The notes beneath the pieces were generated by a model, which did no database searches, was not told the DNA's origin, and saw only the letters and a list, made by a program, of their open reading frames with translations. This document shows positions 1 to 12,143 of a stretch of 64,000 nt of DNA, in pieces (within the stretch, counting starts at the first letter, position 1; each line of letters starts with the position of its first letter). The position numbers and the translations under genes are program-made. The stretch comes from Lama glama (Eukaryota), in assembly GCA_028534125.1 (NCBI GenBank), contig CM052818.1, positions 19,284,001 to 19,348,000 of the forward strand. The letters are read 5' to 3'.

Positions 1-224
1 TTATTGTTAACTCAACTTTCTATGGTAATATACCAATGAGAAATTCATATTAAACTAATTTTGCCACCACTCTAGTTTCTAAAATTTTTGTAATGTGGTT
101 GTATTAGTCCATTATTTAAAAAATGACAATAAGTAAAGTGCTGTCAACCATGTCAGAAGCTGCCGGTTCAGAGAAAGAAGGACTAAAAAGGGCCCTTGGA
201 GTTGAGTATTAAGAAATCTTTTTC

Positions 225-1190
225 TTTTTTACAGTTTTATGGAGAAATAATTTATATACTGTACAATTCACCCATTTAAAGTATATAGTTCAGTGGTTTT
301 CAGTGTTTTAACAGGGTTGAATAACCATCATTCCAATCTAATCTGAGAACGTTTTGTCACTCCAAATAGAAACCCCATACCCATTAGTAGTCACTCCATA
401 TTTCCTCCTCCCCCTAGCTCCTGGCAAGCACAGATGAACTTTCTGTCTCTATAGATTTGCCTTTTCTGGATATTTCATATAACTGGAATCATATAATACA
501 GGGCATTTAGTGACTGGCTTCTATCACTTAGCAAAATGCTTTTAAAGTTCATTCATGTCATAATATGTGTCAGTACTTCACTCCTTTTCATTACCAAATA
601 TCATTATTTGGCTATAGCACATTTTATTTATTCATTCATCAGTTGGTAGACATTTGTTTCCGCTTTTTGACCATCATGAATAATGCCACTATGAACATTC
701 ATTTACAAGTTCTTATGTGGACATACGCTTTTCTTTTGCTTGGATATATACCTAGAAGTGGGATTGCTGGATCATACTTTTAATATATGTTTAACTGTAA
801 TCCTCATGTTAAACTATAACCCATATGTTTAATGAGCTATGTTTAACTTTTTGAAGAACTGCCAAACTGCTGCAACACTTTACATTCTCACCAGCAATGT
901 ATGATGTTTCCAACTTTTCCACATCCTCACCCACACTTGTTACTGTCTGCCTGTTTGATTCTAGCCATCTTAGTGGGTATGACTGGTATCTTATTGTGGT
1001 TTTTATTTTCATTTCCCTAATGACTAATGATGTTGAGTATCTTTTCATGTGCTCTGTATGTTCTTCTGAGAAAATATTTGTAAATCATATATCTGACAAA
1101 GGGCTTGTATCCAGAATATATAAAGAAAATTTACATCTCAATAACAGAAAAATAAATAACCCAGTTTACAAGTGGGCAAAGGATCTGAGT
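225..1190 (-). mobile_element. Old LINE-1 3' portion (ORF2 C-terminus + 3' UTR) with an inverted 5' segment at ~1068-1190
   Basis: Minus-strand ORF 809..1048 MKRYSTSLVIREMKIKTTIRY...VGEDVEKLE is L1 ORF2 C-terminal sequence; plus-strand EKIFVNHISDKGLVSRIYKE...NNPVYKWAKDL is the ORF2 segment just upstream of it. Confidence 0.85.
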
Positions 1191-1444
1191 AAGTCATTGG
1201 TTTTTGAGAAAGCTGTTTGGTTGATGTGGACAAAAGAGGCTCTATGGATTAAAAATTTCATTCTGAAAACAAGACGTACTAGTTCTATTTAAGAAGTTTG
1301 GTAAGAAATAAAAAGAGAGAGGAATGGCTGCCTGTTAGGCAGGCAGAGTCAGCAGGAATTTTTAGAGGGGTAGGGGGGACATATTTTAGGATGATGGAAA
1401 TAACTGTGAAATTTTGTTGTATCTACAGAAAGTGTTGTGTTTAC

Positions 1445-1950
1445 TGAGGAGGGAAAACTTTTCCTCTACTCTCTTTGATTCAGTGACTGGGAGTATGTGA
1501 ATTAAACTAACAAAAGACAGATTAATGGGGGGAAAGGCACACAATTTTTATTAATATTTACATGCACAGGAGTTCACAAAAAAGTAAATCTCAAAGAATC
1601 AGACTCAGGGTCTTATATACCCTCTTAACAAAGGAAAGAGGATTTGGGCTTCAAAAGACGATAAATTGTGGGGACATAACTAGGAAATATATGGGAGAAC
1701 TATTGGAAGATAAGGGCTGTTTTTGTAAGGTCTGATTATGCAAACTCATCTCACTGTCAACTCTCCCTCTCTGGTGATGGTTCAGGGGAAACACGTTCAC
1801 AAAGGGAAATGTATGCCCTGCTTTTAGGCAGATAAGGGGAGGGCAGAGAACTCTTTATCCATCTGTTGATTCCCAGTTGCCTTTAGCTCAAAATAATCCT
1901 TATGCCAAAGTGCTATAACATTTGGGGGTGGCATAGCCTGATTCCCTTCA
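1445..1950 (-). mobile_element. ERV1-class solo LTR, MER34/MER39-like
   Basis: Minus strand begins TGAAGGGAATCAGGCTATGCCACCCC...TTTGGCATAAGGATTATTTTGAGCTAAAGGCAA, contains TATATAA and AATAAA, ends ...GGAAAAGTTTTCCCTCCTCA. Confidence 0.75.
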
Positions 1951-2063
1951 TGTTGAAAGAAGAAAAGCTGCTGAGGCTAAAAGATTAAGAGAGGTTTCAT
2001 GAAAGAAAGGGATCTTAAGCTGGGCCTTGACTAAAATAGAGGCTATGCCAGACATAATACATA

Positions 2064-2160
2064 AGAATATAACCTTTAAAAATTGTGAATCACTGTGTTG
2101 TACACCTGAAACATATATAATATTGTATATCAACTATACCTCAGTTAAAAAAAAAAAGAA
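2064..2160 (+). mobile_element. 5'-truncated LINE-1 3' end with poly(A)
   Basis: tgtacacctgaaac...tatatcaactatacctcagttaaaaaaaaaa; ACATAAG flanks both sides. Confidence 0.75.
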
Positions 2161-3564
2161 CATAAGCAAAGGCATGATCAAACCCAAGCAAAGTATAAAA
2201 GCACTGGGCAACAGAAACATTTGAGGAGTGGTAAGGAATATCTTGAATATAGCCAAGTTGGATGTATTGGAGTATAATGGGAAATAAGATAGATTGGGAC
2301 TGTTTTAGTTGTTCTGGGAATAATACACAGGATGGATTGACTGTGAAGAGAGATTGGTATTAGGGAAGCTGAAAATTACATTAATTCAGGCAAGTAGTAC
2401 TGTTCTATACTAAGGTATTGGCAATGGAGAGGAAGGAGAAACCAAGGGAAACAGGTGGAGTGACCACAGCTAGACGGCTGGGATGCCACACCAGGAACAC
2501 TCCTATGGCTGCCACTGGTCTCACAACACTGCTGCCCAGGAGTTTTCTCAGCTGTTCTTCCTTTTTATCACAAGGTTCCAAGTCCTAGGTGGGGGTGCCT
2601 GTGCCCTGGATGCTCAGAGCAGAGGGAGGATCTGCACCCTCCAATTTCTGCAGAGGGAAGTGGAGAACTGGCTCCCACCAATACTACACACAGGAGAATT
2701 CTCCCCAAATGGAAGAGGGGTTGGGGTCCTGGGAAGCCAAGAGGGGAAAGAGCACCCAGTGCAGGGCCAGACTGAAAGGACTAATATGCCCCTTCGGCAG
2801 AGGGGTGTGGTAGAAAAGTCCTATCATTAACCTTAGGCAAATCATTTTGGGAGCAAAGTGGGATTTGGGCTAGAGAGCGAATAGATTGATGGCAAAGAGA
2901 TCAGTGAAATGTGTAGGAGAAGGCAGATGAGAGGCAGTTTTATTCCTGATGGAGGATCACAGGACCTGATGATTAAAAGAATTGGGAAGGTAAGAAAGAA
3001 AAAAGAACTTGGGACTTGGTACATGGTGACAACGCCTTTAACTGAATCTGAGAACCCAAGAGATGAACTAGGTTTTTGGAGGAAGATGATGAGATCTTAA
3101 AGGTAAGTTAAGTGAAACATAGACCGTTTAATGTAGAACTCAGGAGGAAGGACAGGATTGGAGATATTTCTGTTATCATCTAGGCTTTGATGGTAACTAA
3201 AACAAGGGAATGATGAAATCCTCCAGGAAGAGAAGAAAAACAGAAGAATAAATCCTGGAAACATCAGTGTTCAGAGTCAGTAGAAGAGGAGGTAAAAACA
3301 AAACCAAACCAAACCAGGAGAGACAAATGCCAGTGAAGTCAAAGAAAATCTGTAAGCAACATGCTGGGGTAGGAAATGGGGCAGTCATCATGGTGATATG
3401 CTATGGAGAGATCAAATGATTCAATACTGGGGAAATTGACAATTAGCAGGTCAGTGTTGACTTCTAGCTCGAGTAGCTTCAGAAGAGATAGGACAAGAAC
3501 TAGGGGGCATTAGGTTGAAAAGTTACTGATTTACTGCCTTAGCTCCAGATTGACCCTTTTTGCC

Positions 3565-3596
3565 TGCTCTGAAGCCTAATCAGTAGAGGGCGCCGG
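3565..3596 (+). promoter_or_regulatory. Candidate CTCF site, forward orientation
   Basis: Core ATCAGTAGAGGGCGCC resembles the CCASYAGRKGGCRS consensus, with a CTGCTCTG upstream module. Confidence 0.5.
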
Positions 3597-3816
3597 AGGG
3601 ACACTGCAACAGGAATGGGTGTTTTCCTTGTAGCACCTGCTGTTTCCCCAGTGCCCAGCTTCTCTTGAACCCAGCGTTTCTCCAGCTTTGGACAGCAGCC
3701 AGAAGCTTCCCTGAGCACCTTCCCCATACTCCAACTATAAAAGGTAGCCTTATACAATGCCTTTGGTGTTGGGTAGGACATCTCCCGATGACTAGCTTTC
3801 CCTCAGCACCCTAGAG

Positions 3817-4129
3817 CAGGGGTCAGCAAACTTTTTCTGGAAAGGTCCAGGGTAATATTATGGCTTTGCCTCTCATTTGGGTCAGTCACAACTACTCAAC
3901 TCTGCCATTGTGATGCAAAACAGCCACACACAAGACATAAACAAATGAGTGTAGCTGTGCTCCAATAAAACTTTATTTAGGGACAGTGAAATTTTCATTC
4001 CATGTAATTCTCATATAATGAAATAGCCTTTCGATTTTTTTTCACCCATTTAAAGATGAAAAAGCCATTTTTAGCTTCCAGACTGTTTAAAGACAGGTGG
4101 TGGGCCACGCTGTAGTTTGAAGACTCCTG
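3817..4129 (+). mobile_element. hAT-Charlie MITE, MER58-like
   Basis: Starts CAGGGGTCAGCAAACTTTTTCTG, ends TGTAGTTTGAAGACTCCTG (terminal inverted repeats); internal CCAATAAAACTTTATTTA. Confidence 0.8.
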
Positions 4130-4384
4130 CTCTCAAGGGCAAATTTTTCCATTAAGTTCCACAGAAGAGATTTTCAACAAGTGCAGCATCACAGCAACTC
4201 CCCTGTGCTTCAGTGAGCTGCAGTGCCCTCTCCCACAAGATCTGGATCCCAGCCCAGCATGTGGGGATTGGGTGAAGCAGAGGGTCTCTTCTTTGGGTGC
4301 TCTGTCTTAGCCCTAGCGGTGGTGGCTGTTCTTTATATCTGCTATTCCTATTGTCTTTAAAGTCCTCATTACTTTCTAATACTA

Positions 4385-4931
4385 ATTTTTATTACTGCAT
4401 AACAAATTGCAAATTTAGCATCATAAGACAATAAACATCACCTCAGTTTCCGTGGGTCAGGAGTCCAAGCATAGCGTAACTGGCTTTTCTTCACGGTCTC
4501 AAGACTGGAGTGAAAATGTCACCAGGGCTACGATCTCTTCAGGAGCTGGGGTCCTCTTCCAAGCTCACTGGCTGTTGGCAGAATTCACTTCCTGTGGTTG
4601 AGGGACCAAGGCCCTCAGCAGCGAGGGTCAGCCTTACTGACCCTCTCCAAATATGGCAGTTTGCTTTAAGGCTAATAGGAGAACATGTCTGCTGTTGCTT
4701 CTTGTCTCTTACCTTTAGGCACTCTTTTGTAATCTCACTTTTAAGTGAGTCAAGTGATGAGGGAATCTTCATTATATCTGCATAATGCCTTTACCTTTGT
4801 CACATAACTTAATCTCAGGGGTGATAGCCCATTATATTCACAGATCCTGCCCACACTCCAGGAGATCACACAGGGCATATATATCAGGGGTAAGAAATCT
4901 TGGGGGTCATCCTAGAATTTTACCTACTACA
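4385..4931 (-). mobile_element. MaLR LTR (MLT1 type)
   Basis: actgcataacaaatt...cagtttccgtgggtcaggagtcc...gggggtcatcctagaattttacctactaca, a typical antisense MLT1 layout. Confidence 0.7.
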
Positions 4932-5409
4932 AGAGATAAAAATCATTGGTAAATGTTTAAATCCAGTTTTTATATTTTCTTTAATGTTCTTTTCATAGTG
5001 TTTTTAAAATTTTGCTATCAAAGCCGAAATGTCAGGATACTTTAACTTCATATAAAATGTTTGTACCATAATTAATCATTATGTAAGATGTTGAAAATCT
5101 GGTGCTTCTAATTCAACTAACCACGCAATTCATGGTTCACAACCTTCTCCATCAGTTCTGCCGCAAGGTATTGAGTCTGCCAAAAGGCCAATGTGTCTAA
5201 AATAGAACCTTAGATGTATTTAGAATAAAATTGTTTGTTTTTTCTGTGTAGAAGTTATACAACACAGGTTATACATTTTAGACTGAATGTACATTATAAG
5301 GACTCATGCAAATCATAATTTGTAGCTAGCATTCACAACATTTCTTAACCTATTATCTTATGTGTATACTATGAAATTTGATTCAATATAATTCCAATAA
5401 AGTTGGGAA

Positions 5410-5834
5410 CCTCATTTTTTGAGTGTTTTATTATAGTTTATTAAAAAAAAGTTTTTATTTACAAGACTCAAAGTAAACAGAAAGGCAGCTATTTAATCAC
5501 AAGTGGCCCAGACAGTAGTTATTCAGACTACTGTGGAAGCATACTTAATGCATACCCCTCAATGTTAGGCATAAATAACTTAAACTATGCAGTCCAAGTT
5601 CTGGGTTTTATATAGATCTCCATATATATGACACCTGTGGTCAAATTTTAAGATTGGTAAAGTCAATTTGAAGCTGCTTATATCTTGAGTATAGGTTTCA
5701 CTATTACAAATATATGATGTTAACTAACAAAATAGTAGTCCTCAAAGATCTTCTCTTTGCCCCATGCTTATACACTTGTAATCTGAGTCTGTTTGCTAGT
5801 CTCCCTTCTTGTAGTTACTCTTCAAATTACAGTG
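5410..5834 (-). other. EPCAM: EPCAM 3' UTR (about 0.4 kb; 3' end approximate)
   Basis: AU-rich sequence between the stop codon and the AATAAA cluster. Confidence 0.75.
5427..5459 (-). terminator. EPCAM polyadenylation signal cluster (three AATAAA)
   Basis: TTTATT on the + strand at 5427-5432, 5437-5442 and 5454-5459. Confidence 0.85.
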
Positions 5835-5876
5835 TTATGCATTGAGTTCCCTGTGCATCTCACCCATCTCCTTTAT
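5835..5876 (-). CDS. EPCAM: EPCAM exon 9 coding part (IKEMGEMHRELNA-stop)
   Basis: Acceptor TTTCAG|; TAA at 5837-5835; the nine exons total 945 nt = 314 aa + stop. Confidence 0.97.
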   Translation of the reverse strand: MKEMGEMHRELNA

Positions 5877-6189
5877 CTGAAATAGAAGGAAAAAGAAAAT
5901 TTTAAATAATTTTCCAATCTTTTGTTCATTCTGAAAATAACTTTAAAAAACAAAGAGGAAAGCAAGATAATTCTCTTCCACATTCATGAGTTATTTAAGT
6001 TTTGGGTTTTTTTTAAAGGTATATTACAAGGAAGCACACATTGAGTGCATGATCCAAATTGCTATTTAGAGATAAGAAGGCCAAAGTGACGGGGAAGTAG
6101 CAGGCAAGCTAGATCTTTAAGAATGGGTAAGATTTTTATTGCAAGTATACCATTTGTACATCTAGGAAGAACTAATTAATCTTCTGTTA

Positions 6190-6490
6190 TCAATCTTTTA
6201 TTTTACAGGTGAGGAAACTGAAGTTTAGAATTAGGTCATTTGTCTCAGATTACACAACTAGTTACAGGCAGAACTGAGACAAGGTGACAACTACTACAGC
6301 TGGCAAACATCTTGCTATGTGGCAAGCATGGGACCACTTCACAGATTACTTTGTTTAATCCTTACATTGGGTCTGTACTACTATTCCCATTTTACAGATA
6401 AGGAAACATGCAGGCTTAAAGGAAGTTAAAAAACTTGCCTAGCTAACAGAGTGGTCAGACCCAGGTCTGTATTCCCCTTAACCACAATAC
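6190..6490. mobile_element. MIR SINE fragments in EPCAM intron 8
   Basis: ttttacaggtgaggaaactgaag and cccattttacagataaggaaac core motifs. Confidence 0.65.
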
Positions 6491-7239
6491 TACACTTTCA
6501 TTCTAACTTTCTGCAGTGATTCAGTTCAGGGATGGTCCACCCCCTAGACCTGTGGTCACCAAACCAGGTAAGCCAGATGATTGAGTATGGTATAGGGAGA
6601 GAATGTTAGAACCTTCTAGTTCCATTGGATTTTTTTCAATATTCTTTTACATTTTATATAGCATATATACAATTGCAAATAACTGTATAAATATAGAAAA
6701 ATTGGTGGGGATACTGAAAAAGTTATTGATAGGGCTCAGAGACAAGTATGTTCATATCCAATTCCAAGTGACTGAAACATACTAACAGTCTCACACTTCA
6801 TTTCCATACTAGTGTAACACGACTAGTTAGCAGGCAACAGATTTACCTGGATTTAAGTTAAGCTCATTTTTAATGATTATTATTTCACTGACATAGAGAT
6901 AGTCATTATATCAGGTCATCAGTCACACTGACTTTCTCTAATGTAAATCCACCAGAGTATGCCTCTGAGTCTACTAAATGTTGGTTCTTTGTGCAATAAA
7001 AATCATAGGCTTCCTATCCCACTGAGGCAGAATTCAATATAATCTGGGCTGCTATGAAACTCATGCAAGAGAATTTAGGTAAGGGCATACTGTGAGACTG
7101 TCCCTAAGGCCCTGAGGACTATACTACAATGTAATTGACTATATTCAAATGTAATTGAGACCCGTCAGTGTCTGGAAGGTACCAGATTATTAGGAGTAAG
7201 AGATCGAACAAAGACCTTTCAATTAAATAATCCACCTAC

Positions 7240-7284
7240 CTCAGCTTTCTCATACTTTGCCATTCTTTTCTTTCTGGAAATAAC
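7240..7284 (-). CDS. EPCAM: EPCAM exon 8 (VISRKKRMAKYEKAE)
   Basis: Manual translation; acceptor ATTTAG|, donor |GTAGGT; 45 nt. Confidence 0.96.
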
Positions 7285-8960
7285 CTAAATGGAAGAAAAA
7301 TGATTACTAATTGAGGACTGCTACCCAAACAAAAAGTTAGTCTAAACTGACACATATGCTTTTAACAGACATAATTCTGATCAGAACAAATTTAATTTTA
7401 AAGTCTACCTATAGCCACTGTTTCTTAAATGCACCAAGAAAACAATGAATAATCCTTAGTGAAATTTAACAACCTAGTATGCATTCTTCCACATCTTATT
7501 CCACCCTAATACAAATATATAAACATATGCATATAAATTTGGGGGGGGTCTGAGAAAATGAGATCATCCAATGTCATTTCTGTCTTTGCACAGCCTGTAT
7601 CAACATCACAGGAATCCTTCCAGACCAAAAGCTGTAGATTGAACTCCTTCTTGTTAATAGTCACTTTATTCCATAGCATGGATACCTTAGTTTACTCAAC
7701 CATTCTTTTCTGGATGTACACTCAGGTTGTTTCCAGATTCACCCCTACTAGCAATGTTGCAATACGTGACTTTGACCATGCTTCCTTATTACTTATGCTT
7801 TCATTTCTACCAGACAATTAGATTTCTATGATTAACTCTTCATGTTTATTTGCCATCTGGAATTCCTTTCATGTTGTCTATTTATACCTGTTATCGTTGT
7901 TTTTTTAGTTTCTTCATCAGTTAATTTGTAAGAACTCTTTATATATTATGCATAATAACCTTTTTTGTTTCATGCACAGTGAATATTTCCTGCAGCCTAT
8001 CACTGAGATTTTTTCACTTTAAAGTATCTCTGCCATACAAAATATTTAATTTCAGTGAAGTCAAATATGTATCTCTTCCTTCATGGATTCCAGATTTCTT
8101 GCCTTAAGTGATTTCTTTTACCACAAGGTTGTACAAACATATCTTAAAATTAATTCTGAGACTTAACTTTATTTTTTTAACATTTGAACTATAATCCATC
8201 TAGAATTTGTGTCTGAACATGAGTTCACTGCCCAACTGCTTTCACATTGCTGTGTTCCAGAATGTGCCATCCACACAACTGAGCAATACAGCCAGCTCTG
8301 GTGGGATGAAACAGGAATTCAACTTTTGTTTTCTTCCAGATGGATGGCCAAGTGTGGTAATTCCACTGAACTGAAAATGTAAGTTCTCATATAACCTCTG
8401 GTCTATTTCTGAATTCTGTTGTGCTACTAAGATTTCCGATGCTGAAGCATGCTTACATATCTAAAATAAACTTTGCTTGTTCAGGTGATATAGCCTTCTT
8501 CTGAAGCACTGCTACATTCAATTTACTCGTCTTTTATTTAGAACTGTGGCTCATATTTATCCCTTTTAATTCTTTTTTGTGCCAACCTTAATTTGTGTTC
8601 TGTTGTTGCATCTCACTGAATGGCTTGGAAGTCCAGGTGTTTTGCACCAATCCTGGCAAGTGGTGAACTGTGTGCAGTGAGAACAACTGAAGGGTATGTG
8701 CTATTTGATGGCAACATAACTGACCTGTGAGGTGCCCTGCTACAAGCTTTTCTCAGATCAGTAGCCTTTCTTGCTTCATAAAGTGACTATTTTATAAAAG
8801 GGGCCCAGAAATGCAATAGATTCATTCAATTAAAAGAATTATAAAAAAAAAGATTTTGCTTCATTAATATGTTTTGGAACATGGTTGTGGCTTTTTCATG
8901 TTACCATCTTTTCTTGAAAGAAAAAACTCTTAGATGAAATTTTACTTGTCCTATACTCAC

Positions 8961-9161
8961 CAGCACCACAATTCCGGCAATAATTGCTATTGCCACAACC
9001 ACAATGACAGCAATAATACCAGCTTGTAGACCCTGCATTGAAAATTCAGGTGGTTTTTCATCAACATAGTAAATTGAAGTTCGACCAGGATCCAGATCCA
9101 GTAGCTCCCCATTTACTTTCAGGTCCATCCTTTTGGAATAAAACAAGGATTCATCTTTAAC
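8961..9161 (-). CDS. EPCAM: EPCAM exon 7 (juxtamembrane region and transmembrane helix [21 protein letters not shown])
   Basis: Within ORF 8901..9248; acceptor ATACAG|, donor |GTGAGT; 201 nt. Confidence 0.98.
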
Positions 9162-9898
9162 CTGTATTGAGAAGGAGAAAAGCAATTTAAAACCTACCAT
9201 GGCCAAAAGAATTACATGCCAACTATATACCAAAAGAACTGTTGCCAAAAATCTTTCTGGTTTTGGTGATAAACAATCTCATTCATTGAAATACACAAAA
9301 AACACTTTATTACAGGAAAATTATAAACATACACAAAAGTAGAAAGAATAGTATAATGAAGTCCCACGTACTTATTACGCAGATTCAATAATATAAACAC
9401 ATGGCCAACCTTATTTTATCTATTGTTTCTTTTATCCTTCCTCTCCACTCCCATCCTCCTCCTGGGTCAAAGTGAATCCCAGAATTCATCAGAAAATAGC
9501 TCACTATAGTATATTAAAAGTTTAAACAAACATTAATCATATCAGTTACAGAGCATTTCTTATACAATCTCTTGTTCATGGAAATTGTAACGGGAAGGCT
9601 ATACCTACAAACTACATAACTGCCAAGGAGGTAGTAAGAACCATAGAGAGAAGATATTCTTGGCAGAACAATTTGATAAAAAGACATAAATGTACAACAA
9701 GCAGCAAAGCTGTGTTAAGAATGGCGCATGTCCAGGGAGGACAAAATTAACTACAGCATGAGAATCACTTGGAGAATAGTTACTCATATGGTTGATCTGT
9801 AAGTATAGAAATTGATGAAAGATCTTGACTCCACTGAGGCAGGATAGACAACATTATATTTCTAAACATAAGAATAAAATGAGGAAAATTATACTCAC

Positions 9899-10000
9899 AT
9901 CTTTTTCAAAATAGTAAGCCACATCAGCTATGTCTACATCATTCTGAGTTTTCTGAGAAGAATTCTGTACTAGATCAATAGTGATAACATCATTCTCATA
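9899..10000 (-). CDS. EPCAM: EPCAM exon 6 ([34 protein letters not shown])
   Basis: Within ORF 9854..10063; acceptor CCCTCAG|, donor |GTGAGT; 102 nt. Confidence 0.98.
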
Positions 10001-10062
10001 CTGAGGGAAAAATTGAAAAACATAAATTAATATTAGTATAACCCAACTGTATGAAAATATCA

Positions 10063-10170
10063 TTGTTCAATATTCAGAATATTCAGTGTTTGATTTTCTG
10101 TAATCTGTATGGGTTGTTGTTCAATATTCAGAATATTCAGTGTTTGATTTTCTGTAATCTGTATGGGTTG
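10063..10170. repeat. Exact 54-bp tandem duplication in EPCAM intron 5
   Basis: TTGTTCAATATTCAGAATATTCAGTGTTTGATTTTCTGTAATCTGTATGGGTTG at 10063-10116 and 10117-10170. Confidence 0.95.
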
Positions 10171-10880
10171 GTGTCCATTAGTAGATAATTGAATTTATCA
10201 CCAATAATTTAAAAGGGAGGTTTTAAAAATCTGTCAAAGGTAATTAAAACAGCAATGCAACCAAAGATAATTACAATTCTTTTTCAAAGGAGAATTTTCT
10301 TTTCCTAAGAGGATTTTAAACAAGATATTAAAGTAGCTTATTTGGTTATAACTACTTTAATACTAAAATGCTAAAGAAATGCAATCCAAAATGCAGTAGC
10401 ATTTACCATATTTTGCTTTTAGGGAGGAAAAAAGTATATCCCTTCCAAAAAGTCTTAAAAAGTGACATCAATTTTCTACCTTGAAAGAGTTCCGTCATAC
10501 TATTCAAGCATTTTTCAACCAGAGTTGGGAGAGTTAAGGATTAACTGGCTAGACTAACTCCTAAAACTTGAGAAAATATGACTAAGCAGCATCCTAAAGT
10601 AAGTATTGCCAAAAGCAATCACAGAGGTTCTCCAAGGTAAGAAGACTGGCATGTGTTGGTGATACTAAGAGACACTCTAAGGGTAGGCTGAGGTTTTCAA
10701 AGACTATGGCAGGAAAGCACTAACAGGCGATTTGCAGAATTAAGTGCCCAAGGCTTAAACTGTTACTCAAATGAGGTTTAACCATTATCAAAAATCATAT
10801 CCAGTCAACTGTCTGTTAAAGCTCATTTAACAAAGAAACAATAACAACAAAAAAAACAATAACACAAACAAAAAACTTAC

Positions 10881-10944
10881 CAGAATATTTGTGATATATT
10901 TTGGATCCAGCTGATAACGACTTGTGATTACCTCTTTGAGTGCA
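10881..10944 (-). CDS. EPCAM: EPCAM exon 5 (ALKEVITSRYQLDPKYITNIL)
   Basis: Manual translation; acceptor TTACAG|, donor |GTAAGT; 64 nt. Confidence 0.97.
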
Positions 10945-11039
10945 CTGTAAATAATTTAAAAATCTGCTTTAAAAAAAAGTGTCCTACACAACATTAAGAA
11001 GCACTTCTTTTTAACTAAGCACATAACTCAAGGTCTAGA

Positions 11040-11900
11040 ATTGTCATTAACCAAGCATAAAAAAATGTTATGCCATTTTGCAACTATCATTGTAATAATT
11101 GATGCAAAAACAGTTGCATTCTAGTTTGATTAGAAATGGGTATTCACACTGTATCCAAGTATCTGCCCACAGATTACATTTATTAATTACAAAGAGGAAA
11201 ATAGTAACTCTACAGTGGAGAAATCTGGTAGACCCCACCCTGACCAGTTAACATCACTAGTGAAGGGGCAGGCTGACGTCATGTGCCTCCCAATGTAAAG
11301 GACTAGGACAGACACAGATAGGTAGTAAGTAGTTTTACTGTCAAAAATGCATTACCTGTATTTAATTATGAGGAAATACCAGACAAATCCAAAATCGAGG
11401 GACATTCTATAACATAACTTGCCCATATTCCTCAAAAATATCAAGGTCGTGGTTTATCAATCAAATACTAATAAAAATTTTAAATTTTATTGGAAAAAAA
11501 AATCAATGTTATGAAAAATAAAGAAAGGCCAAAGCAGTGTTCCATATTTATAGAGACAGAACAATCATCATAACTAATGCAAGATCTTAGGTTGGGTCCT
11601 GGGTCAGAGGGGAAAAAACAGCCAGAGGACATTGGGGAAACTGGAACAATACAGTGCAATGTAAATTTCCTGAATTTGACCACTGTACAGTGGTTATGTA
11701 AGAGAATGCCTTTTGTTCCTAGGAAGATACACCACAACATTTAGGGGTCAAGATGCATGACATTTAGAATTTCCTCTCAAAAGGTTCTGGGAAAAAATAT
11801 TTATACGTGCTCAGATAGATGCAGAATCTGTCTGTTCATTGGTGAATCTGAGTGAAGAATACTGCAGGAATCTGAACAACTCTTGCACATCTATTTTTTT
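11040..11900 (+). mobile_element. Old L1 (L1MC/L1ME-type) 3' region in EPCAM intron 4
   Basis: acagtggagaaatctgg, cagacaaatccaaaatcgagggacattcta, gtaaatttcctgaatttgacc, aggaagatacac motifs. Confidence 0.6.
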
Positions 11901-12014
11901 TAAGTTTATTATTTATAGTATCTTACTTTTCAGAAATATTAAAAAGCACTGAGACTTGTTTTAGTTTAGTTTGAGTACCAACTGTGCAAATATAATGCAT
12001 TTAATAGCACTTAC

Positions 12015-12080
12015 GTTTGCAAACTTTGAACATCATAAGGTTTTTCTCTTGCTTTGTGTTTTAGTTCAATGATGATCCAG
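12015..12080 (-). CDS. EPCAM: EPCAM exon 4 ([21 protein letters not shown])
   Basis: Manual translation; acceptor CTTATAG|, donor |GTAAGT; 66 nt. Confidence 0.97.
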
Positions 12081-12143
12081 CTATAAGGTAAAAAGACAGT
12101 ATTGATTGACCATAACAACTCAGTCTTTTAAATTATTTTCGTT

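Noticed and set aside
1..5400. MSH2 promoter or first exon downstream of EPCAM
   Set aside because: No CpG island or MSH2-like coding sequence here; if synteny holds it lies to the left of the window.
10001..10880. Orthologue of the intronic MIR559 known from human EPCAM
   Set aside because: I see no MADE1-type hairpin in this intron; that miRNA family is primate-derived.
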